The notes under the pieces are model-generated. The model was not told the origin of the DNA, ran no database searches, and saw only the letters and a list, made by a program, of their open reading frames with translations. Position numbers and translations under genes: made by a program. DNA of 63,401 nt, counting the filler, from Octopus bimaculoides (taxonomy: Eukaryota), in NCBI RefSeq assembly GCF_001194135.2. It is 6 parts of 5 records of this genome, joined end to end, with 100 filler letters (N's around TTAATTAATTAA, not from the genome) between each part and the next. Parts side by side here need not be neighbours in the genome. Positions count along the whole stretch, not along the records: positions 1 to 20,540 come from NC_068985.1; positions 20,641 to 26,454 come from NC_068982.1; 4 more parts are not named here. One strand, given 5' to 3'. The first letter of the stretch is position 1, and each line of letters starts with the position of its first letter. This document shows, one piece after another, positions 12,520-24,881 of this stretch.

Positions 12520-13830
12520 ATTATAGCCAGTCATCACTCATGAGTAAATATGGCTTGGTGACATGTATTATGCATTCATTAATTGTTTCAGGTAGATACA
12601 TAATTGTAAGCAGACATAGATACCTTTTCAGTGTTGTTACCCCTAACCTAGGAGTCCAACCAGGATGTGAATGCTGGGGAAAGAGAAGGCTGTGCTGGCA
12701 CTCTGGTTGGTATGCATTATAGTGTGTACATTGAAACAAAGTGAACCAAAGTACCTGTTGTGGGAGAATCCTGAATACCCCCATGTGGTTGAAAGTGGAC
12801 AAACTGATTACAATAAATAAGAATTGAATGAACTGTCAGTGGGTGTAGTTGAAGGTGTTTTTCCTGTACGATTTAATCCTTTTTGATCCTTGTTAGATGT
12901 GAGTCACATTGTTAATTATTTGTTGAAGGTTTCCCATAAGAATGAACCTTATTGTTTAACCTCATTGTTGAATTGTTGAATTACTGTTGCTGTTTTTTTT
13001 TTGCCTGTGAATTTATAATTGTTTTCTTCCCCATTTGTGGGTGAAGTGGAGAAAAAAGGAAGGATGGAAAGTGAACCAGTTCCAGCCGGCAGCTATGCTT
13101 CAGCCACTGGAAGAGGTTTAACTGCAGACGGGTTTCAGGTTCGGGAGGTGAAGATGGAGAAAAAGAAGCTAAAGGAGTTCAACAGACTTAACGAAAAGGA
13201 TGGAACCAGTTTGAGGTTGACCCTGCTGCAAGATTTTACAGCTAATGTAACGAAGCAGACAGTGGTATATAGAACGCTGTGCATGAAAACGAAAAGAATT
13301 GAAATAGCTACTGTGGAAGTCATAGAGGAGTGTTTGAAGGAGGTAAAAATCCTCACAACATTTTATACCAGAGGGAAAAAGCACGGCACAGTGGAGGTAA
13401 GGTTCGTGAGCGAACAAGAAGGGATAAACCACTCCACAGTGATGCTAAGGACACCAGAGTGGGTACTTCTGCTGACTTACTGTGGCAAACGAGTGACCAG
13501 GGTAAAGATTGGCAAAGTACCCCTGGAGATTAAAGAGGCGTGGCTGGTGGCAGCCATTATGTATAATATGGAGGAGGAAGCGAAAGTTTTAAAAGTAACG
13601 AGAACAAAAGAGGTAAACTAATGGGGAGACAGCCTTGAGGTGGCAATCCAAGTCAGTTTACAAGACTTACACAAGATAGCGGGGGAGGTGATACTGCCGG
13701 AGGAAGTGAGATTAAGAGTAGTGGTGGAGGGAAGACCTCCAACCTGTTACCAGTGTGGAGCAAGGGGACACATGATAGCAAGGTGTCCCCAGAATGATGA
13801 GAAGGGTGAATGGAATATCCTGTAGAGCTT
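12520..13830 (+). mobile_element. Non-LTR retrotransposon ORF1-like (RRM-like region plus CCHC zinc knuckle) with probable 5' UTR
   Basis: ORF 13019-13621, then after a stop ...EGRPPTCYQCGARGHMIARCP (CX2CX4HX4C). Confidence 0.75.
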
Positions 13831-13964
13831 CTACAGAAAGTTTGCTTCATAGAAACAAGAAAGATTGTCAAAACGATTTTGAGTACTTGAAAGATTATTG
13901 AAAGGTTATAAGTATCTAAGGTTACAAGTAGTAACCTGTTACCCCCATAAATTCTATCAAGAAT

Positions 13965-15213
13965 AAGACCAAACCTCAGTCACAGCGCCTGAAACTTCTC
14001 TTGAAGTCAAAAATTAACGCAAGGAACCTTGTGACAGCCATCAACCTATGGGCTATTCTGTAGCCCACTATAGTGCACTCATTCTGAAATGGACACGAGC
14101 AAAGATTAATCAACTTGATTGCATTACCTGAAATACAATGACAATGCATGGTGCCCTCCACCCTAAGGTGAATGTACTTATGCTCTACATGAAGAGGTGT
14201 AAAGGTAGACACGGCCTGATTAGCGTACAGGAGTGCATCAACAGTGAAAGAAAAAACACGGCAGAGTATTTAGCAAGCATCAAACAAGATTTGCTTCAGT
14301 ATGTTGCTAATGCAGAAAGATTTACCAGCAACAGACTTGAGAATGCTAATGAATAACCAGTGGGAGAAAAGAAACTTTACTCCACATGGAATTAGATGGT
14401 CAGAAGCATCATGGAGGTGGCTCAGCAAGGGTAACCTTAAAAAGAAGACTGAAAGCCAAATCATTGCTGCCTAGGATCAGGCATTGAATACCAATTTAGT
14501 GAAAAGGGATATATACCGCACAAGTGCAAAAATCCTCTGAAGAATGTGTGGGAAGATAGTCGAAAGCGTGACTCATATTGTTAGTGCTTGTGAAAGTCTT
14601 ATACAGAAGAAGCACAAGTGCAGATATGACAAGGTAGCCCAAAATCTTCATTGGCTACTATGCTGGAAGCATGGATATGAAGTAATGGGTGCTTGGTACC
14701 AACATACATCAGAAAAGGTAATGGATGAAAAGAGGAAGGCAAAGATTCTCTGGGGCTTTGACTTCCAGTCAGACAAGGTGTTAGAGCACCAAAAGCTGGA
14801 TATAGTAACCTTTAGGAGGGACAAACATGAGTGCTTAATAATCGATGGGGAAGTGCCAGGAGATCAACATGGTATCATGAAAGAAAGATAAAAAGATTGA
14901 TAAATATGGAGACCTGAGAAATGAGATTGCCAAGATGTGGCAGCTACGAGAGCCAAACATAAAGGTTGTCCCTGTTGTTATTAGAGCATTGGGTTCAATA
15001 CCATCCAGCCTGAAGAAACACCTGAAAACTTTAGAAATACCCTACAATCTAGGTGTATTGTAGAAATCAGCTTTACTTGGAACTGCATGTATATTTTGTA
15101 AAATACTGTCTGTCTGAGGTCCTTGTGACTTGACAGACAGTACAAATCCCTGGTAGAGACAATATCTTCAATCAACAACATCACAGTATTGGATACCGTG
15201 TGATGTCTGCAAT

Positions 15214-15247
<34 letters not shown>

Positions 15248-15258
15248 GCAACAACAAC

Positions 15259-15290
<32 letters not shown>
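13965..15290 (+). mobile_element. R4/Dong-like non-LTR retrotransposon 3' fragment (RT C-terminus, CCHC, restriction-like endonuclease) with (AAC)n(AAT)n tail
   Basis: LLKSKINARNLVTAINLWA, HGALHPK..LYMKR..GRHGLISV, MCGKIVESVTHIVSAC, KILWGFDFQSDKVLEHQKLDIV; trinucleotide tail 15212-15288. Confidence 0.85.
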
Positions 15291-15811
15291 GCTTGCAGGA
15301 AGAAGGCTAAAGGAAAGTAGTTCTAAATGAAGTAACAGCTAGAAAGAAAAATCTAACAGTAACTTGGATAGATTATAGCCTTGTTAGGAATAGTAAGGAT
15401 TCTAAGGAAGGTGCTTGAAAGTTGAAGAAGGAATGACACAAAGGAACTTTGACCATTTAATGACTCAGTCTTTTGGTAAAGTGTTGGTATAACAACTGCC
15501 AGAGCAAAAGTGTCGTCGTCAACAACAACAACAACAACAATGATACTTTCTACTTGGACACAAAATCACAAGTTTTGGAGAAGGAAATGCAATTGGCTTC
15601 ATTATTTGACTGGAAGTTATTTTCTGTTGGACATACAATAATTACCAGTTCATTCACTTCAACTCACTCACTAATGAATAAAAATAAAGTTCTTCAGTCT
15701 ATGTAATAGGAAGAAATATAATTTAATGTAATCTAGTTTGACATATTTGACACAACAGGTTCTCCTATAAGGATAGTGTACAATCCTGATACAATACAAA
15801 AACAATCTTAC

Positions 15812-15990
15812 CTTTGTTTGCTTTACATATGACACTAGCAGTCTCATGTCTTTTGCAGTTGTGCTGACGCCATGGACTTTTGGGACAGTCTAACAAGCTT
15901 GTTTCATTTCCTAAACATTCAACATTGGTTAGTAAAAAGTTTGCATTTCCAGGCCCAAAATTGGAAAAAGGAATAGCTTTGATGGCAGAT
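15812..15990 (-). CDS. Exon: second half of an upstream SRCR domain
   Basis: ttattag|...G|gtaaga; SAIKAIPFSNFGPGNANFLLTNVECLGNETSLLDCPKSPWRQHNCKRHETASVICKANK; phase 2 to 1. Confidence 0.95.
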
Positions 15991-16174
15991 CTAATAATTA
16001 AAAAAAAATTATATAAATATATATGTGTGTGTGTGTGTGAGTGCATGCGTGTGCACACGTGCACATTTGTGTGTGTGTGTGTATGCTTGCACATGTGTGT
16101 GTATATACATTGGTTTCATGTTAAGAAAAAAGGAATATATCATCATCATCATCATCATCATCGTTGTTTAACGT

Positions 16175-16211
<37 letters not shown>

Positions 16212-16473
16212 CAACACAAAGTTTCTCTTTGTGTTTATCCAAAATGGAGATGAACACCATTCCTCTATGTGATTGGCTTGAAAAATTAAGATATTAAAAT
16301 ATTTTCCTATTTTTCTTAGCATGAAACCAATGGTAGCCTTAATTCACAAACAAATTCTAACCACAAATACAGTGTTGAGCACCCATTTTCATTGTTTGAC
16401 ATTTATGTATGTTTATATATTTATATATACATATGTGTGTATATATGTGAATATATATATATATATGTGTATC

Positions 16474-17080
16474 ATCATCATCATCATCATCGTTTAACAT
16501 TTGCTTTCTATGCTAGCATGGGTTAGACGATTTGACCGAGGACTGGTGAACCAGATGGCTACACCAGGCTCCAATCTGATTTGGCAGAGTTTCTACAGCT
16601 GGATGCCATTCCTAACACCAACCACTCCGAGAGTGTAGTGGGTGCTTTTACGTGCCACCGGCACGAAGGCCAGTCAGGCAGTACTGGCAATGGCCATGCT
16701 CAAAATGGAGTAATTTATGTGCCACCTGCACAGGAGCCAGTCCAGCGGCACTAGCAATGATCTCGCTCGAATGTCTTTACACGTGCCAGGAAGGCGACGC
16801 TGGGTACAGGTGCCATCACGATTTTGCTTTTGCTTGCCCCAACAGGTCTTCGCAAGCCGAGTTTCGTGTCCAGTGAAGGAGACAACATTGGCATGGGTGC
16901 CAGTCGTCGAATTTAGTTCGATTTCGATTTCACTTGCCTCAACAGGTCTTCGCAAGTGGAGTTTAGTGTCCAATGAAAGAAGGTATGCATAAGTGGGCTG
17001 GCTACACCCCTGGCAGATGCCTTGGATTTAGGTCTCACTTGGCTTGCCGGGTCTTCTCTCGCACAGCATATTTCCAAAGG
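16474..17080 (+). mobile_element. RTE-tail-type interspersed repeat (inverted partner of 5478-6025)
   Basis: (CAT)n-cgtttaac..tttccatgctagcatgggtt-like start; high similarity to the reverse complement of 5478-6025. Confidence 0.8.
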
Positions 17081-17267
17081 NNNNNNNNNNNNNNNNNNNN
17101 NNNNNNNNNNNNNNNNNNNNNNNNNNNNNNNNNNNNNNNNNNNNNNNNNNNNNNNNNNNNNNNNNNNNNNNNNNNNNNNNNNNNNNNNNNNNNNNNNNNN
17201 NNNNNNNNNNNNNNNNNNNNNNNNNNNNNNNNNNNNNNNNNNNNNNNNNNNNNNNNNNNNNNNNNNN

Positions 17268-17315
<48 letters not shown>

Positions 17316-17334
17316 CATACATATGTCATCATCA

Positions 17335-19430
17335 TCATCATCATTTAATGTCTGTTTTCTATGCTGGCATAGGTTGAACTGTTTGACAGGACCAAGCCAG
17401 TTGAAGAACTTCTTAGGCTCCATGTCTGTTTTGACATAGTTTCTATGGCTGAATGCCTTTCCTAATGCCAACCACTTTACTGAGTGTACTGGGTGCTTTT
17501 ATGCAGCACTGGCACATATACTTTTATGTGGTACCAGTACATGCCACATAATGCTTTTAGATGCCACTCACAAGACCACAAGATTATGAATGCTCAGCTG
17601 AAGAGGGATGCAGGAGATATGCCAGTATGGAAGGATGACCATGATTTTACTTAACTTGATGTGCCTTCTCAAATCATCAGGAGTCATGGTCCCCTGTCAT
17701 CCTCTCTGTGAGGCTCAATGTCACCAATATCTTACCACTTCATCTCACATGTTCCTGGGTCTACCTCTTCCACATGTTCCCTCCACAATTAGAGATCAGC
17801 ACCTCTTGATGCAATTGTCTTCATTCATAGGCATTACAGGACTGTACCATCACAGTCTTCTCTCTTGTACACCACATCTGATGCCTCATATACCCAGTTT
17901 TTTTTTCTCTCAAATCACTTACACTGTTGTACCTACACACTGACATTACCTATCCAGTGGAGCATACTGGCTTCATTTCTTTCAAGCCTTTGCATATCCT
18001 CTGTAGTCACAGCCCACATCTCACTGCCATGTAGTATAGCTGTTTGTACACAGACATAGTACAATCTGATCTGCCTTTCACTCTGAGGAAGAGGTCTTTC
18101 ATTGATATCAGAGGTAGCAACTCTGTGAAATTTACCCAGGTTATTCTTGATCTAACAGCGATGCTTTCAGAACAACCTAACTTGGTTACCTAAGTAATAG
18201 AAACTGTCTACTATATTTAAGGATCCCCTCTGACATTTGAGGGAGTCTATTTTTTGTACATTCCTGATGTTTATGTATCTGCACATCTGCCACATGTAAA
18301 GACTACTTTCTCTGTTAGTCTTCCAGTGATACAGCAGCACCTCTTATATATCCATAGCTTGTACTGGGTACATCTTATGGAGTTTCTCCCGATATCTTTT
18401 CTACATATTGAGCAGGGCCACTGCCCTGAAGGGATCTGTGAATTGTCTATTTTCCTACTTAATAAGGACTTTCGTCTTTGGTCCTTGCTAAATTAACTCT
18501 AAGGCCCTTTGATTTCAGTTCTTGCTTCCATACTTGAAATTTCTTCCCTAGTTCTGGTAGTGATTCAGCAATAAGTACAAGGCTGTCAGCATAGAGGAGC
18601 TCCCAAGGGTAGCCAGTCTTAAATTCCTCTGTTATAGCTTGGAGGACTATGATAAATAAGAGGTGACTAAGAACTGATCCCTAGTGGACTCATACTTGTA
18701 CATTAAATTTCTTGCTATACTCATTGATGACTTTCACCTTACTGACTGACAACATCTTTGTACATGGTTTTTACAGCTCTCACCAAACACTCATCTGTGC
18801 TAAGGTTCCACATTGCCACCAGATAAAGGAGCAATGGAGCATGTCAAAGATTTATTCAATCTCAACAAAAGCCAGATACAGAAGTTTATTTTTGGCCAAG
18901 TACTTCTCCTGCAGTTGCCTCACCAGGAAGATAGCACTTGTGGTGCTTCTACTGGGCACAAATTTCTCTTTCTAATTAATTGAGCTGTGACCGTTTCTGT
19001 AACTTTCATCACCTGGTCCAACAATTTGATGCTTCTGTAAGTATTCCTGTCTAAGGCATCACCTTTGCTTTTGTAGCAGTTGACTATAATGCTGCTACAC
19101 CAATCGTTGGGCATGACTCCCTCATGATAACCCGATTAACTATATGGATGACAGGGTCATATCCTACTCCACCAAAAATTTTAAGCATCTCAGTAGTGAT
19201 TCCTGAAGGGTTGGGGCTTTCCCTGTCTTCATATTCTTAATTGTTTTATCTACTAAACTATCGTTGATTTGGATAGCAGGACTCTCTATTGGGTCCACAT
19301 TAGGCAGGCTCTCCTCACATGCATTCTCTACATTTAACAACTTTTAATAGTGACACTTCCATGTCTCCTTCTTTGCAGAATCACTAACTGCAAGTGAGCC
19401 ATCATCCATGTAAACACACTTCTCTCCTTT
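17335..19430 (-). mobile_element. RTE-clade LINE, RT region, decayed
   Basis: Minus-strand KGDALDRNTYRSIKLLDQVMKV, PWELLYAD, WPCSICRKDIGRNSIRC... Confidence 0.85.
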
Positions 19431-20126
19431 GAGCTGCATTTTCATCTTATGGAAGAGATGGAAGTTCACAGGTGCTAAATCTGGTGAATAGGGCAGGTGT
19501 GGAAGTGATACCATGTTGTTTTTGATGAGAAACTAACAAGTGAGGAAGGCTCAGTGACAGGGTGCATAGTTGTGAAGAATCCAATTCTTTGTGCTCCACA
19601 GATCCGGTTGATTTTGCCGAATGTCCTCCCTCAAATGCTTCAAAATGTAGCAGTAGAACTCTTGATCGATGGTCTGGTTCCGGGGGACAAATTCATAATG
19701 CACAATACTACATTTCTAGGGGTGATGCTCTTGGTAGGTCTTCCAGTCGTTCATTGTCTTCCAGGGGCATTCTTCCACTTTTGAAGTGATTGTACCACTT
19801 GAAACATTGTGTATGACCCATTGCCTTGTTGCCGTAATCTTTCCAAAACATGTTCAATGTCTTTGTAGCAGACTTCCCAAGTTTAACAGAAAATTTCATG
19901 TTGGCTCTTTGTTCTAACTTCCTGTCCATGACAAAATCACAGACTACAGCATACACATGATCACAAAAACATAAATTTCACAACTTCTGAAGTAAACACA
20001 GTAATGTTACTTGGCACATTGCCTCATGAAGGTCACTGCTAGCTCTCACTACACATGCAACCATGTGTTGCTATCTATTGGCACACTACAGAATTAGTCT
20101 GGGAACTTTTTTGATACCACCTTGTA
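19430..20126 (-). mobile_element. Mariner transposon relic
   Basis: ORF 19708-19956 (EQRANMKFSVKLGKSATKT..FKWYNHFKSGRMPLEDNER); terminus TA-caaggtggtatcaaaaa. Confidence 0.85.
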
Positions 20127-20663
20127 CCAGTTGCCAGGAATGAGTTTAATATGTTAATTGGTCTATCCAATTATGTTACACCATTACAGCTAGTGAATTC
20201 TATAGAAAATCTATAGAGATAACTTTAAAATGAAAACATTAATTGTTTTGGTTGTGAATGTCATTCATTTTCATATAACGGAACATGAAAAAGTTGATAT
20301 TTTGGCAAAAAGATCAGCAACTTGCTAATAAAACTTTCTATTATAGGCACAAGGCCTGAAATATTGGGGGAGAGGAGAAGTTGATTAGATTGACCCCAGT
20401 GTTTGACTGGTATTTAATTTATTGACTCTGAAAGTGTGGAATTTATACTCAGAACTTAAAGACAAACAAATTGCTGTTATACATTATACCTGGCATGCTA
20501 ATAATTCTGCCAGCTCACCTCCTTCAGCAACTTATTAATGNNNNNNNNNNNNNNNNNNNNNNNNNNNNNNNNNNNNNNNNNNNNTTAATTAATTAANNNN
20601 NNNNNNNNNNNNNNNNNNNNNNNNNNNNNNNNNNNNNNNNATATATATATATATACATGCATA

Positions 20664-21962
20664 CAGGGGTTGAACAAAATAATGGAAACACCTTAAAGTT
20701 TCAAACAAATTTATTTTAATATGGGGTAGGACCGCCTATTAATTACAGCTTGAATTCTTCGATGTATGGACTCGTACCAAGTTTGAATTGTTTCCAAAGG
20801 AATTTTTGTCCATTCTTCAGCGAAAACATTCTCCAGATCTTGTAGTGATGATAGTGTAGGATATCGACTCCTTACTTGTTTTTTTTAAATGTACCATAAT
20901 TGTTCAACAATGTTGAGATCTGGGGATTGTAGTGGCCAGATAAGATGTTCAACTTCACTAGAATGTTCCTCGTGCCATTCAGTAACAGCTTTAGCTGTGT
21001 GAGCTGATGCATTATCGTCCTGAAAGATTGCGTTTCTCTCCGGAAACAGTTCTGCAGTCATAGGATGAATTTGATCAGATAAAATGCTTAAATAGACTTG
21101 ACTGTTAATTCTGCCATGAAGGGAAAACATTGGACCGGCGGGTTTCTAAGATATAGCCCCCCCCCCACTAGTTCGAAGAAGGCAGTTTGGGTCAAAAGTT
21201 TCTTTTGCCTGTCTTCTGACGTATACTCAGCTGGTGGTCGGAAATAAAGTAATGGATGACTCGTTCGAGAAAATAACATTCTTCCACTGCTCTAGGNNNN
21301 NNNNNNTGGTGGTCGGAAATAAAGTAATGGATGACTCGTTCGAGAAAATAACATTCTTCCACTGCTCTAGGTACCAATTTTGTAGGTTTTTACTCTACTC
21401 TAAACGCTTTGTAACGTTTGTTTTCAAAAATAGTGGTTTTCTGATTGCAGCCCTCCCATGAAATCCGGCTTTGTACAGCTCCCGTCGAACAGTTTTTGTG
21501 GAAACTGTGTTCTTGACGTAGTCATTAAGCTCTGCAGTAATTTTGGGAGCTGTACTTTTGTGATCCTTTCTAACAATTCGCGAGTCTGACGGTCCTTATC
21601 TGAAAGTTTTGGTTTTCTTCCGGAGTTTTGTTTCGACCTTTCTCAAAGGTTGTCATTACTTTTGAGACCGTATTTCTTGATACACTAAACATTTCGGCTG
21701 TTTTCGTTGCGCTAGCGCCTGCCAAACAAGCACCAACAGTTTGACCTCTTTGGAAGTCCGATAGATCTATCATTTTAATGAATTTTATTACCTTTTTCTG
21801 ATGATATCTGAAAAGAAACAACAATTTTAGCAAAACATATTAAGCAACACTAATAATAAATCAAAAAACATAAAAAATAAACAAGCTTTTGACGGTTTTA
21901 TAGATATTTCAAAATTATGATACTATGATGCTAGGTGTTTCCATTATTTTGTCTACCCCCTG
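20664..21962 (-). mobile_element. Tc1 element with both TIRs and TA target duplications, decayed transposase
   Basis: TIRs caggggttgaacaaaataatggaaacacc / ggtgtttccattattttgtctaccccctg flanked by TA; ORFs with IFQDDNASAHTA and WPLQSPDLNIVEQLW. Confidence 0.92.
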
Positions 21963-22552
21963 TATATATACATGTACGTATGTATGTATGTATGCATGTA
22001 TGTATGTATGCATATGCATGTATGTATGTATGCATGTATGTATGCCTATGTGTTTGTGTTTGTGTTTGTATTTGTGTATATGTGTGCGTGTGTATACAAA
22101 TACAGATATGATAAAAAAAAGTTACCCTTTTGTGAATGCTTGCTTACAGTTCGTAACCGTAAAATGAGAGTGAAACCAATCTTTTTCCTTTCATTTCTGT
22201 TGTTTCAACAAGAAACCAAAATCTTTATGCTTGTGGTATATTTAGAGATTCTCTAAATTTTGGTCGCACCTGGGAGACAACTTATAAAATCTTCAGAGAA
22301 CTTATTTTGAGTGTTGATTGCACAATGGGTTAATGAAGCAGAGACTTCGGTGCTGAACCAGAAAGCTTAAAATGCTTTTGTAGTGCCTTTTTTTTTCTTT
22401 TTGTGACACGTAAACATGAGATTAATGAATAAAATGACTTGAAGGTTTTTGCAGCAGATGTATCTCTCTCTCTCTCTCACACTCTTTCTTCTTTCTCTAT
22501 CTCTCTCTGTCTTTCCATTTATAGGTATACACACACACATATCTATTACCTT

Positions 22553-22935
22553 TTATCTTTTACTTGTTTGAGTCATTTGACTACGGCCATGCTGGGGCAT
22601 CACTTTCTAAGAATTTTAGTCGAACTAATCGGTCCCAGTACTTAGTTTCTTTCTTGAACCTGGTACTTATTCTATGGGTCTCTTTTGCCGAACAGCTAAG
22701 TTATAGGGCCGTAAACACACTAGCACCAGTTGTCACACAGTGGTGGGGGACAAACACACACACACACACATATACGACTGTCTTCTTTCAATTTTCGTCA
22801 GCTAAATCTACTCACAAGGCTTTGGTTGGCCTGAGTCTACAGTAGAAGACACTTACGCATGGTCTCATGCAGTGAGATTGAACCCGGAACCATGTGATTG
22901 GGAAGCAAACTTCCTTACACATAGCCACGCCTATG
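22553..22935 (-). mobile_element. CORE-type tRNA SINE
   Basis: Reverse complement of the 37228-37815 family (head, central microsatellite, tail). Confidence 0.8.
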
Positions 22936-23602
22936 CATGTATGTATGGTGATATATCTTCATATATATGTGTGTATTTACATATGTATATAAATATATAT
23001 ATTCATATATATATATATATANNNNNNNNNNNNNNNNNNNNNNNNNNNNNNNNNNNNNNNNNNNNNNNNNNNNNNNNNNNNNNNNNNNNNNNNNNNNNNN
23101 NNNNNNNNNNNNNNNNNNNNNNNNNNNNNNNNNNNNNNNNNNNNNNNNNNNNNNNNNNNNNNNNTATATATAACATACATACACACATACACAACACATG
23201 TGTAGTATCGTAATGCTCAGAAATAGAAGAAACAGCGGAAATGATATGTGATATAAAAAGGTTAATTGAATTAGCTCTTCAAAAAAATATTCTAATTGAA
23301 ATATATTTGTACAGATTTTTGCTGTTATCATTAATCGACGTGCTGCCGAAAACTGGATCTTTGAATTCCCTCGTGCTACATTGTTAGCAATAAGACATTG
23401 GCAACCCTAGTTTTGCACTTAATTGCAGCTGAATTTTGTAATTTTATAAACTGGTTATTTCTTTAACGCTAAAATGTGAAGAGAATGTTGCAAGTGCGAG
23501 GTTTGAAAACATCTCAGCGGAGAAATATGAATATAGAATAATTATTTTAATTGCAGCCGGATCATTTCTATTGCTAACAAATATACTATATTACTATATT
23601 AC

Positions 23603-23659
<57 letters not shown>

Positions 23660-24313
23660 AAGTAGACAGTTATACTGACAGACAGAAAAATAGATAGATA
23701 GACAGACAGACAGACACATAAATAGGTAACTTAGGTAGATAGATAGATAAATTGATTGATAGGGAAAAGATAGAGAGTGAGAGAGAGAGAGAGGGGGGAA
23801 GAAAGAGAATGAGAAAGCGAGAGAAACAGATTGAGAGAGCGAGAGAGAGAGAGAGAGAGAGAGAGAGGAAGTAAGACAATGAAAGAATGAGAGAGAAAGA
23901 AAGAGATTGAGAGAGTGAGAGAGAGAGAGAAAGGGAGAGAGAGGGAGAGGTATAGAGAGATCAACTTCGCTGAGACAAAAGAGCTCTGAGTCGGTATACA
24001 TACACACACACATGCACACATACATATGGATAGATACATACATTTGTGTGTGTGTATTCGTATATAAGTGTATCTCTGTATATATATAAGCGTGTGTGTG
24101 TATGTGTGATTGTTTGTGTGTGTGAGCGTGTGTGTGTGTTTGTTTCTGTGTGTGTTTTTCTGTACCTACCGTTGCAAATTGTTTATTCTACCCATGTGGA
24201 CATTCCATTGTAACTTGAAGGAAAAAGAGAGGCATGAGACGCATGGTAACATTGGTTTTCTTCTTTTTCCATACATACACACACATATGTATATATACAC
24301 ACACACACACACG

Positions 24314-24373
<60 letters not shown>

Positions 24374-24808
24374 AAGTGAGAGAGGGAGAGAGAAAGACAG
24401 ACAGGTAGACAAACAGACAGACATACAGACAAAGACAGAGAGACAGAGAGAGACAGAGAGAGCGACAGCTGCTTCTCACTATTTTCGTCTCAGTATCCTG
24501 TTTCTCAATTCAATCTCTATTTAATAGAATCCTTCACACTTGGACTTGTCACTGCTCTCTCTCTCTCCCTCCCTCTGCTCTCTCTACCTCTCTCTGCTCT
24601 CTCTCCCTCTCTCATCTCCCACTCACTCCTCTTTTCTCTCTCACTCTTTATTTCTCTTTTATCTCTCTTTTGCTCCACCGTCTCACAAACTCTCTGACTA
24701 CCTGTTGTTATGTTGTAGAGACTGGCCCGTCACAGTGGACTTTTAAGTTTCACGAGGCACCTTCAGCTCAAATACTTACGGTCGCCGTTGAATAACTCCC
24801 TAATATAT

Positions 24809-24881
<73 letters not shown>

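Noticed and set aside
20585-20596. TTAATTAATTAA islands inside N-runs (also 26499, 27678, 32091, 62261)
   Set aside because: An identical 12-mer with stops in all six frames, always flanked by Ns: a scaffolding linker, not biology.
21234-21369. Direct repeats flanking 10-N gaps (also 57211-57320)
   Set aside because: Exact duplicates either side of a 10-N gap are contig-overlap artefacts.
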